A stretch of DNA of 64,000 nucleotides. Origin: Rhizophagus irregularis (taxonomy: Eukaryota). The notes beneath the pieces are model-generated. The model made no database searches. It had not been told where the DNA came from and worked only from the letters and a program-made list of their open reading frames with translations. Of the stretch, positions 1 to 10,935 are shown piece by piece; position 1 is the stretch's first letter; each line of letters starts with the position of its first letter. The stretch covers positions 4,960,001-5,024,000 of the forward strand of contig NC_089435.1 of assembly GCF_026210795.1 (NCBI RefSeq). Direction: 5' to 3'. The position numbers and the translations under genes were made by a program.

Positions 1-1782
1 TTTAATATAACTGATCAAAAATTATCTATTATTACTGCAAAAATTGAAATGTTAGAGAAAAATTCTTCAATTTTGGATAAATCCAAACCACCTGAAATTG
101 GTCCGGAACATCTTACTGTACCAGAAGAACCCATCATAGAACGTAATAGTGTTATATTAAGAAAATATAAAAATTTTGATGTCGCTTGTAAGCCAACTAA
201 ATATTCACTTAACGATACTAGTCCGGATTCAAAAAAAGCTGGTGCAACTCTAACAATTTGGAATGAATTAAATGAATGTCCTTATATAATTAAATTTTTT
301 GGAATTTCAAATTTGGATATATACACTGAAAATGTTATGGTTTTAGAATGGGCTGAATTTGGTGATTTAAAAAGTCTTTATGAGAGTAAGAATCTTAATT
401 GGAAACTTAAATTAAGTATGGCGAGAGATATTTTTCGTGGTCTTTGTTTCTTGAATTATATTCGTAAGTTCTGTTTATTTAGTATTAGTTATTTTTTATT
501 AATATTTACGTCGTAAACTAAATTTATATCAACCACAGGTGTTTTACATCATGATGTTAGATGTGAAAATATTTTGGTAAGTTCTTTGATTCATCAGTTA
601 TTAATTAAATATTGACTATATGCTGATTTTATTAATCTGTATAATTTAAAGGTAGCTGAAGGATTTAAATGTAAAATAACCAATTTTACTTTAAGCCGTA
701 AAACAAAATATGTAACTACCAAAGTACATGATGATGAGAGTTCGAAACAAATGATGCGTTGGATGGCTCCTGAGAAACTTAAATCTTATCAAAAATCAAA
801 TCAAAATACGAAAATAGAACCATATACTTATGCGTGTGAAATGTTTAGGTATGTAATCAGGTTGGCTAAAGATAAATTATATAAATAAGAAACAACTTTT
901 TAAATTCTTTTTTTCTTTTATAGTTTTGGAATGCTTCTTTGGGAGCTTTCTTTTAATAGAGTACCATATAAAGACATGGAATATGATGAAATAATTGAAC
1001 ATGTTATGAGTGGAAAACGAGAAACATTAGACTTTGTAAATTGTCCACGTGATATAATTGATGGTTTCACCGAAATTATTACATTGGCATGGCAACATGA
1101 AAATCGCAAGCGTCCGTCAACCCAAAAGGTCTCAAAAATTCTTGAATCATTATATAAATCTTACGAAAATAATTTATTAAATTTAAATGAAGAAACAAAT
1201 TATGAATCTCAAAAATGTTCTTCTACTATCTCTACCACTACCAGTAATAATACTATTGAATTTGTTAATGAGTATGTCCTTGATCTTTTACCATTATCAA
1301 AAGGTATTGAACATCATAATTTAAAAGCTAAGAAAACGAAATCAGAACAAGATTACAAAATTTGTTGGGAATGTTTCAATGCACACGCAAATCTTGGTAA
1401 TAAAACGGCCATGTATTGGAAAGGACTTTATTTATGGAAGGGTTTTGTTGAAGAGAATCAAATTGAAGCAAAAAGATTATTTAAAATTGCAGCTGACTCT
1501 GGAATAGCTGAAGCTCAATTAGAATATGCTTTTGCTTATGATAGTGAGAATCTTGAAAATCCTGATTTACCTTTTAATGAAAAAGAATGTTGGAAATATT
1601 TAAAAATGGCCGCTGAAAATAGTAATCCTACAGCATTATACCACGTAGGTATTACTTATTATAATGGAAATGTGGGAGTGCAACAAGATAAAGAAAGAGG
1701 TATTGAATATCTTAAACTTTCCGCTTTACAAGTTAATCCTAAAGCAATTGAAACATTAAATAAATACGGAGTTAATCTTTAA
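1..1782 (+). CDS. Tyrosine-kinase-like pseudokinase with C-terminal Sel1-like repeats (5'-partial, 4 exons visible)
   Basis: Exons <1-463, 539-576, 652-848, 924-1782 joined by GT-AG introns give VACK...VLEWAEFGDL...VLHHDVRCENIL...KITNFTLSR...RWMAPEKL...FSFGMLLWEL...RPS, then Sel1-type repeats (LFKIAADSGIAEAQ, MAAENSNPTALYHVG, GVQQDKERGIEYLKLSALQ). The frame is open from base 1. Confidence 0.85.
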
Positions 1783-2989
1783 TAGATTCGTTATTGATTT
1801 AAATTTCTTTTATTAAACTATATTAAGTTAATGTGCGGTGACGAAGTCACCGCCGTATAACATTAATTCTGTTACTTTCATTGACTAAACATATAAGTTT
1901 AAATTTATAACTTAGATAGGCTAAAGATAATAAAAATGATACTTTATTGGTCATATGAAATTTATTGTTATTAATGCATTTAAGAAAGAAAATTTTTAAA
2001 TACTAAATTCTTATTCGCAAATTTGATTATAAGCAAGTCTGTGATTAATATGAACAATCATAAACTACAATATAGTAGTTACAAAGTATTTTTTTTTTTA
2101 TGATTGGTACAAAAATAATAAATTTTTTTAATGCCAATATAAACCCAATTTATTTCACATCATACTGTGTTTTCAGATTTTTCACGTGATGATCTAATAA
2201 AATTATTGTTACGACGCGTGAGAAATATTGATGGCCAATAAAATTAACAAATTTAATAACTATGTTTTCTGTGATTCAATTAATTATTTTAATCTGAGAT
2301 GACTATACATAGTTATAACCATTTAAATATACATAATACTAATTAAAGCATAAATTATTTGAAATGTATAGTTTATTCAATAAAACTCAAACTAACACTT
2401 GTTTAGCTTTATATAATTAAATAAAAGTAATATGTTTGTTCGAAAGTATAACTTTTAAGACAACTTTTGCATAAAAAGAAATCGAAGGAAATCTGTAAAA
2501 CTTCATAACTTGAAAACCAACTCTTACCCGGTAAATATCATACTTATAACCTTGCAAGTGTATAGTTTGTCATAAAAAGTTTATAAAATCATGGGAAATT
2601 TGCGAGAAATAAACTTAACAAGAAACTTTTATTAGAGGAAATCGGGGAAATCAAAATAGATTTAAATAACCAATTTTTTTTATAGTTCATTGTATTGCTA
2701 TTACTTATCAAATACATAGTACTAATGCTCTTTATTGCAAAGCTATGATTTATCTGGAAACTTAAGTGCATAACTCCAGGGATAGGCTGAATTTGTGCCT
2801 AACAATGGGATTTCTATAATCCTACAAATGTTTCTGATCGTAACGGTTTTTTACATAGAAAGCTACGTCTATTGATTCTACACTAGATTTTATCTACACC
2901 CACGCACATAAAGTATTGAGTTCCGCAATAGAACTTCACCAAGATGAATCTTTAGCATAAATTCCGAAGATTAGCCCTCTAGTACCTGT

Positions 2990-3690
2990 TCTTCCGAGGA
3001 AGGTACTAAGTTGCATTAAATGATTTTTTTTAATTTTTTTAATTACTGCTTGTTACTTTATTTTTGTAGGTGGATTTTCTTGGATACACATTTCGAAGGT
3101 AAATAGTTTCAAATTTTATTTTTTTCTTTTATCTTTTTGCGAAATGTAATCGACGTTTCTTTATACTGTTTTTTTGTAGGTGAATGGCTTCTTGGGCAAT
3201 ATTTCGGAAGTATGAAAAAGTTAACTTTTTTTTATTCGTTTGTATATCTTAGCTTCGAGGGTATTTTTTTTATATTTTGTCTTGCGGACGAAAATTCGTA
3301 AGTTCGTTCGAAACTACTATTTCGTTTTTTTTTTAAAAAAAAAATAACCGTTTTATTAACGTTTCGTTACTTTTTTAGGTTCCGAAATTTTGAAGTCTAC
3401 GAAAGCGACTTCTTTTTTAAAGGTTTATTTCATAATTTTATTTTTTACTAGTTAAATGAAGTCTGATACAAAACTCTTACTATTAATCGAAGCCTTGAAT
3501 ATTTTGTAGGTAAAGCATTTAATAATGTTGTTATTTGATTTTCTGTTCTATACTTTTTTTTATATTCCAGGTTTCAAGTCTCGGATAAAATTTCGGAAGT
3601 TTCGAAATGGGGGATTTTTTTTTTGACTTTATTTAACTAAACGTTAATAATGTTTCTCGTTTTTAGGTTTCTCTCTTGGATTTGAACGCC
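2990..3690 (+). repeat. Array of ~7 short exon-like units separated by intron-like spacers
   Basis: Repeated T-rich+AG|G acceptors (3068, 3178, ~3377, ~3508, ~3570, ~3665) followed by ~30-45 nt segments sharing CTTGG/TTTCG(G)AAG and then GT; period about 100 nt. Confidence 0.4.
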
Positions 3691-3919
3691 CGATTTTGTT
3701 CAAAAAGTGTTGAAAAATAATACTTTTCATATGAAGTAATTCCAAGCATTTCTTTTATTGTATTATCGACATTTTGTTACTGACTTACCAGTCGTAAAAT
3801 TTAAAGAGAGCTGGAAACAGAACCACGATAATATTTTATATCAAAATATTTTTTTTTTTTGGGCAAATCACATATATCCTATGTAATAGTTTATTTTCTT
3901 TACTCCAATACAAACGCCA

Positions 3920-4440
3920 ATATGCATCATATAAAACAAACTGTCTACAACTCGAAGAGTATTACGCCAATAGGCTAAAGGTATTATTAGAAAACAACGT
4001 AATTTAAAATTATTATAGGACCTTATTTATTGGCTCTGGAGGATCCGCTTCTGTTTTTATCGCAAATTGGAAGAATACGAAGAATACGCCAACAAAATAT
4101 GTAATTAAAAGATATGTCGATAAAAAGAGGTGCGTCTCCGTCTCTCCGATTACATTTTTTATCTTAATTATTATTTATAAAATATTTTCTTTCCAGGTTT
4201 ATTTAACGAAATATGGCTAATTTTCATGAAAATATCTTTAAGCATTTGACATGTTTAATATTCTTTAGATGATGAGAATTATTCGCTTGTTTTAAAGGAC
4301 GATACCATAACTTTGAAATGTGAAAACTAATTAAAATTCGTTAGAGATTGCAAGTGCGATTTTATGGTTACATGACGTAAAGGAATCATATACGTGAATC
4401 TTGTATTTTGTATTTTGTATTTACTATATTGCGTAATTAA
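3920..4440 (+). pseudogene. Degenerate protein kinase fragment
   Basis: 4026-4112 reads FIGSGGSASVFIANWKNTKNTPTKYVIKR (Gly-rich loop plus VAIK-like Lys). 4270-4400 gives DENYSLVL...EIASAILWLHDVK pieces broken by frameshifts and stops. Confidence 0.65.
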
Positions 4441-4461
4441 CATTCTTTTTTTTAGCTACCC

Positions 4462-4560
4462 TAGTGTTTCGGTTTTCGCCTAAATGATTTACAAAAAAAA
4501 GTTTCGGAAAATTTCGGATAGTTTCGGCCGAAACTTGGGCGAAACGTTTCGAATTTTGAA
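4462..4560 (+). mobile_element. Solitary hAT-type terminus
   Basis: Starts TAGTGTTTCGG (same first 8 nt as the MITE at 45578) and is followed by TTTCG(G) subterminal repeats; it truncates the kinase relic. Confidence 0.4.
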
Positions 4561-5350
4561 AAATGGAAATAATTGAAATAATTGCAACAATAAACTAATA
4601 TCACAAGATTAATTACAATATTTTCGGATAAAATAATCGAATCATTCTGCAAAATAAATAAACGAGAAGAATTTATAATGCAACTAATAACTAAGTTTTT
4701 CAGGTATACAAAGATATCGGATAAAATCAAATAAAATCTTAAGAAAGGAAGCAACATTATAATTTATTAGCGGATTAACTAATAATAGAAATAAACAATA
4801 AAATATGTATATAATATATATATACAAACTACATACCTGATACTATATTTAATATAAATTGACCTTGTTTGATTTGATTTATATGAATTAATTTGTTTCT
4901 TATTTTAGTCAAGAATTCAAGCATAAAGCTTACATATTACAAATTTCATATTTTTCATATATTTAAAAATTTGCTGAATAAAATTTAGAATCTTAATCCT
5001 TTCTCCTTATTTTTAAATTATGCTTCATATATTTTAGATACAGAGAGCAAAAAAAAAAACTGTATATTATTGGCTAAGTCGTGTGAATTAATCGCACCTT
5101 TTTTCTTTGTTTTACAATGCAAGATAAAAGTTTTTTCATTATTATGAGAAAATTTTTATGATGACAAAAACTTTTTCCTTATTAATTCAAAATTTTTTTT
5201 TTAAGTGCTTGTTTGTTGTACTACGTTTTTCCAGGAAAATCAAATTCAATATTGTTTGTACAAAAATAGGTAGATGTGGCATACTGTATATGAAACAACA
5301 TGAAACAAATTTAATTAACATTACTTTGTTTTTAGATAATAATTAAATTA

Positions 5351-5582
5351 TAAAGTATAAATAACCTTTTAAATAAATCTTTTTAACATAATTTCAACTA
5401 AAATAATTTATTTTGTAAAGTATAAATAATCTTTAAATAAATCTTTTTATATAATTTCAACTAAAATAATTTATTTTGTAAAGCATAAATAATCTTTAAA
5501 TAAATCTTTTTCACATAATTTCGAAGTAGCTTATTTACAAAATATAAATAATCTTTAAATAAATCTTTTTTACATAATTTCC
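5351..5582 (+). repeat. ~57-bp tandem repeat (4 copies) directly upstream of the start codon
   Basis: Unit AAAGTATAAATAATCTTTAAATAAATCTTTTT..ATAATTTC..ATTT. The paralogous position 8072-8230 carries 3 copies. Confidence 0.75.
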
Positions 5583-5590
5583 ATTAAATT

Positions 5591-6595
5591 ATGAAGAAAC
5601 TTCCTATTTTAATTGTTATAATAACCTTAATAATTTTACTTCAATTTGTATATGAAGTAAATACTCAAGAAGGTGTTCCACCAGCGGAAGATCCTTCAGG
5701 AGATCCATCTCAATTTCCTGCACCAGCAATACCTCCACCAACAAAAATAAATACATTAGTCACAGCAATACCACCAATTTCAACTCAATTTCCTGCACCA
5801 GCAATACCTCCACCAACAAAAATAAATACATTAGTCACAGCAATACCACCAATTTCAACTGGAAAATTATTACCATCAGCAAGACCATCAGTATCACGAA
5901 CATTACCAATAAATCCTTCAGAAGGTCTTATTTCAACTGGAAAATTATCACCATCAGCAAGACCATCAGTATCACGAACATTACCAATAAATCCTTCAGA
6001 AGGTCTTATTTCGACTGGAAAATCACCATCAGCAGGACCATCAGGATCACGAACATCACCAGTAAATTCATCAAATCCTTCAGAAGATGTTAACTTTACA
6101 ACTTTTATAATAGCTGCTTCAATTATTGGAGGGACAGTTAGTAATTTGATTTTAATTTTCATAGTTGGTTTATGCTACTTTTTATTGAGAATGTATAAAG
6201 ATAAAAAAGAAAATTCTAAAGCAATTGCGACCCCTGGACTGAATAATAACGAAAATGAATTATATGATGAACCGATCCCTACAGAATTAATAATTTCGAA
6301 TCATGGACAAGAATTTATACCAAATTCACCAAATTATAATAATAATCAACAAGGGATAACACGTGAATTAGGAAACAACTTAACAAACAATGAAATTATT
6401 CAAAATATCAGACAAGGAAATTTATCATCATTTAATATAGATGAAGATATTATAGATCAAATGAAACAAGATATTCTACAAGATATCAAACAAGAATTAA
6501 AACAAAATATAAAATCAAAAATAATGACATCATTTGTTAGAGATAATGATGTTGAAGATGATAGTAGTAGTAGCAGTAGTAAAAATCATACTTAA
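5591..6595 (+). CDS. Single-pass type I membrane protein with Pro/Ser/Thr-rich ectodomain (mucin/Mid2-like architecture), paralog 1
   Basis: Signal peptide MKKLPILIVIITLIILLQFVYEVNT; 25-aa repeat x2 and 26-aa repeat x2+; TM IIAASIIGGTVSNLILIFIVGLCYFLL followed by basic RMYKDKK; Asn-rich tail with a short coiled coil. Single 334-aa ORF. Confidence 0.8.
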   Translation: MKKLPILIVIITLIILLQFVYEVNTQEGVPPAEDPSGDPSQFPAPAIPPPTKINTLVTAIPPISTQFPAPAIPPPTKINTLVTAIPPISTGKLLPSARPSVSRTLPINPSEGLISTGKLSPSARPSVSRTLPINPSEGLISTGKSPSAGPSGSRTSPVNSSNPSEDVNFTTFIIAASIIGGTVSNLILIFIVGLCYFLLRMYKDKKENSKAIATPGLNNNENELYDEPIPTELIISNHGQEFIPNSPNYNNNQQGITRELGNNLTNNEIIQNIRQGNLSSFNIDEDIIDQMKQDILQDIKQELKQNIKSKIMTSFVRDNDVEDDSSSSSSKNHT

Positions 6596-7015
6596 TTGGG
6601 AATCCGTATAAGAACTGGTAAATTATTATAGTAAAAGTGGTGCAAATACTATGAATTTATTAATAAATTTAATAAATGGAATCCAAAGTGCATAGTAAAT
6701 TTATGAAATGAAATTTTTAATATTATATTATTATAACAGTACTTCAATTAGAAGGAATTTTGGATTCTAAAACTGCAAAAATTATTATAATTAATAAAAC
6801 TGTCCGGTTCTTATATAGATGACTAATAGAACATTAATTAAAGTTAATTGAAGAATTTTTTTCGCGGATGACAAACTAACGACTTATTTAATTCTGGCCG
6901 GAATTATAAATTTGGCCGAAATTAAAATTTACTGTACGTATTAGCATCAAATATATATGATTGTGAAATTTTTGCCAAACTGACAAAAACTTTCTTTTAA
7001 ATGAAACATTTTCAA

Positions 7016-7250
7016 AATAGCGCTATAGATAATGAAAGTGAAGCCAATTCTTGAAAGTGAAGATAATTCCAAAAGAATAACACCAATAACAATTCAAATC
7101 CAGGGATAACGAATAATAAATTTACCGATTTTACTGACTCAGTGATTTCAAATAAAGTAACAAGGAATAAATTCATCAAATCATAATAACCAACAAGAAA
7201 CAACACACGAGTTAAGAAATAATTCAATAGAAAATGAAATTAATTATTCA
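7016..7250 (+). pseudogene. Rearranged remnant of the single-pass membrane gene family
   Basis: 7016-7070 matches the 3' end of paralog 2 (AGCGCTATAGAT...GCCAATTCTTGAA.GTGAAGATAATTC). 7090-7250 matches its cytoplasmic region (TCAAATCC.GG.ATAACGAATAAT...AATGAAATT). Confidence 0.6.
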
Positions 7251-8235
7251 AAAAAAAAGTTATACCGAAAGAGTACAATAATTACTATATATTAATATGT
7301 AATGTTTAACACCTATGTAAAATATATATATATATTAATGAAGTCATTACCAACGATTATTTAATATAATTCACAAATGGAAATAAAAAAACTACGTAAA
7401 AATTTGATTACAACAATAAACTTATCATAGGACTAATTACAATAATTTTGGATAAAATAATCGATTATTCCGCAAAATAAATAAATGAGAAGGATTTATA
7501 ATGCAACTGGTTTTTTAGGTATACAGGATATTAGATAAAAACAAATAAAATCTTAAAAGGCAAGTAACATTATATTTATTAGCGAATTAATAAATAATAG
7601 CAAAAATATGTATATACAGTAAATATATATATATATTAAAATCGCAAACTACCCACTATATTTAATATAAATTGTCCTTGTTTGGTTTAATTTTATATGA
7701 ATTAATTTGTTTCTTATTTTATTAACCTCCCTCCTTATTTTTAAACATATATTAGCCAAAGCCAAAAAACGGGTTATTTGATCGTATATAATTGGCTAAG
7801 TCATGTGAATTAATCACACCTTTTTTTCTTCTGTTTTACAATGCAAGATAAAAGTTTTCTCATTGTTATGAAAAAATTTTATGACAAAAAACTTTTTCTT
7901 TATTAATTCAAAAATTTTTTTAAGTGCTTGTTTGTTTGTACTACTATGTTTTTTTTAGGAAAATCCAATTCAATATTGTTTGCACAAAAGTAGGTAGATG
8001 TAACATATATGAACAACATGAAACAAATTTAATTAGCATTACTTCTTTTTTTAGATAAATAATTAAATTATAAAGTATAAATAATCTTTAAATAAATCTT
8101 TTTTACATAGTTTCAAAGTAATTTATTTTATAAAGTATAAATAATCTTTTTTTTTTTACATAATTTCGAAGTAGCTTATTTTATAAAGTATAAATAATTT
8201 TAAAATAAATATTTTATATATAATTTCCATTAATT

Positions 8236-9060
8236 ATGAAGCTTCTTATTTTAATTGTTATAACCCTTATCATTTTACTTCAATTTGTATATGAAGTAAA
8301 TACTCAAGCACCTAAAGATGCTCCACTTCCTCCGCAACCACCGCCAGAAGATGCTTCATCAATAGGAGTTTTAGCTGAATCTCCTACACCAGCAATACCA
8401 CCATTAACAAAAATAAATACTTTATCCACATTAACACCAATTTCGACTGGAAAATTATTACCATCATCAGGATCACGAACATCATCAGTAAATTCATCAA
8501 ATCCTTCAGAAAGTGGTAACTCTATAGCTGCTTCAATTATTGGAGGGACAGTTAGTAATTTAATTTTAATTTTCATAGTTGGTTTATACTACTTTTTAGT
8601 GAGAATGTATAAAGATAAAAAAGAAAATTCTAAAGCAATTGCAACCCCTGGACTGAATAATAACGAAAATATTATTTCAAATCCTGGAATAACGAATAAT
8701 GGATTATATAATAATGAACCAATCCCTACAGAATTAATAATTTCGAATTATGGACAAGAATTTGTATCAAATTCACCAAATTATAATAATAATCAACGAG
8801 GGATAACACGTGAATTAGGAAACAACTCAACAAATAATGAAATTATTCAAAATATCAGACAAGGAAAATTATCATCATTTAATATAGATGAAGTTATTAT
8901 AGATCAAATTAAACAAGATATTCTACAAGATATTAAACAAGAATTAAAACAAAATATAAAATCAGAAGTAATGACATCATTTGTTAGAGATAATAATGTC
9001 GAAGATGATAGTAGTAGTAGCGCTATAGATTCTAATCATGGAAATAAAGCCAATTCTTGA
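8236..9060 (+). CDS. Single-pass type I membrane protein, paralog 2
   Basis: Near-identical signal peptide, TM and cytoplasmic tail to 5591-6595, with a shorter ectodomain. The upstream ~0.8-1 kb is also duplicated (4590-5590 vs 7420-8235). Confidence 0.8.
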   Translation: MKLLILIVITLIILLQFVYEVNTQAPKDAPLPPQPPPEDASSIGVLAESPTPAIPPLTKINTLSTLTPISTGKLLPSSGSRTSSVNSSNPSESGNSIAASIIGGTVSNLILIFIVGLYYFLVRMYKDKKENSKAIATPGLNNNENIISNPGITNNGLYNNEPIPTELIISNYGQEFVSNSPNYNNNQRGITRELGNNSTNNEIIQNIRQGKLSSFNIDEVIIDQIKQDILQDIKQELKQNIKSEVMTSFVRDNNVEDDSSSSAIDSNHGNKANS

Positions 9061-9610
9061 ATGTGAAGATAATTCTAGTTTAATGTATGAAATACAAGTG
9101 TTATAGTTACTTATACAAGAATTAAAGAAAAATCTGTAGACGTTTGTTAAACTTCAGCTATAATTTATACGATTTTTAATAAAATATCACACACAAATGA
9201 CTTACTAAATAGACCTTTTACGTTTATTGATTTTATATTACAAATTTCGCTTATTGAAAAAAATTTTGGAACCTGAAAACATGATTTTTCTGTTTTTATA
9301 TTCTTTATTTCACTTTTATTTCTTTTTGACATGATTAGAAAACGAACGTATTATGCTTCATATGTATTTACAGTATATACGGGAAGATTTATCTCAATTT
9401 TTTGATTGAATACATTAATTTTACAGTATGACAGAAAATAAAAGTTTAACAAAATTTTATATTTTCATATATATAATTATTTTTCATTTAATTGTACAAT
9501 AGGAACTTTTTTATGCTTAAACTGATTATAAGCACGTAATACTTCCAATTTTTGTAAAGTTGTATTGACATATATATCAATATTTATTTAACAATAAATA
9601 TATATTAATA

Positions 9611-9978
9611 CTTCGATCCCTTGCTGATTACGCGTCATGCCCCCTGCAGATCGTATATAGATTTTTTAACAATACTATATAAATAAAAATACAATATTTA
9701 AATTTTTAACAATACTCTATAGTCTATAAATAAAATGTCATAATTGAATTAACAATACTATATTGTACTTTAATTGGAAAATAATATGATTTTATTATAT
9801 TTTAGCACCATTTTTTAAGACACATGATAATTATAATTAGAAATAATGTGACTTTATTATATTATAACTAGCCAGTATTTTTTTTGTTCCAGTACCCACC
9901 AGAGAATACGGGACTGACGGGAGCAAATGTGGGAGTATTAATTAATAGCGTCATGGGATCAATGATCGGGGGTCGGAG
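9611..9978. mobile_element. Possible degenerate MITE
   Basis: Left TA|CTTCGATCCC versus right-end reverse complement CTCCGACCCC (8/10 match); GC-richer ends in an AT background. Confidence 0.25.
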
Positions 9979-10329
9979 CATATTATTTTTTTATAATTCA
10001 ATTTTAATAATAAAATTAAAGTTCGTAAATGTGCGAAATGTTAGGAAGCTTATTTTTAATCGTGATTATCATAAATGGTGTAAATTATTATTAGATTAAT
10101 GAAGGAAAATAAATCTTTTCACTCGATGTATTGTTTTAAATTTTATTTACTTTTTATTAAAAAATTACATTAAACTAATAAAATCAATATGAAAAATTTT
10201 AACAAATGATTAATATTTTAATAGATTTAATAATTAAAATTAATGAAATAAAAAAATACAATTAAAAAAAAAATTAAATAATGTATTAATTGAAAATCAA
10301 AAATATACTAAATAGGTGTGTATACGTTA

Positions 10330-10935
10330 AAATCAGAACATTCAAGAAAAAAGGTGAGCACCGGCATCTGATAGGTTAGCGTACCCATAATCAAAGCAGT
10401 AGTAGATCGCATGCTTTGATCAGTTTATAGAATTAGTCTTGTTAGTGAGATATCTGAGACGAACCTCAACCCAAAATTCTCTCGGTTCCCAATCTCCTAA
10501 GTTTTCCTCTATATAGAAATCAATAATTGATTGATTATCAATATTTCTGACTGTCTTGGTGGTTAGTCCCATAATCATGACATTTAACCCAATCGCAGGT
10601 ATATCATCGAATTCCATATTATCAATCAACTTAACGGACATTGCATTAACCTTTGATATGTTTATGATTTATAAAATAAAAAAAAATTAACAAATTTTTG
10701 GTTGATTTCAAAAGGACACGCGCAAAACAATACATACACTATACCAACTGGCGCAAGCAATGAACTTTCCTTTCAAGAAAATCACCTGGCCTTTATTAAA
10801 ATCATAAGACCTTTACTCTCAAATATAAAATTTTTGTCGGATCATCATCATTCAATCTTGCAACAGCCATAATTTCCTTTACCGTAAACTCCTGAGTAAG
10901 TCGTTGAATGTAACACATTGTAGAGATTTTTGCGG
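10330..10935 (-). pseudogene. Degenerate two-exon gene, beta-rich, possibly OB-fold
   Basis: Minus strand gives ISTMCYIQRLTQEFTVKEIMAVARLNDDDP...FNKGQVIFLKGKFIAC, an intron at ~10660-10738, then ...IGLNVMIMGLT...FWVEVR...ALIMGTLTY, with frameshifts. Confidence 0.35.

Noticed and set aside
2589..2990. Possible LINE 3' end
   Set aside because: Only a vague IWKxxC-like patch; no RT or endonuclease motifs visible.
5785..8576. Antisense ORFs 5785-6162 and 8304-8576
   Set aside because: Shadow frames of the Pro/Ser-rich plus-strand genes.
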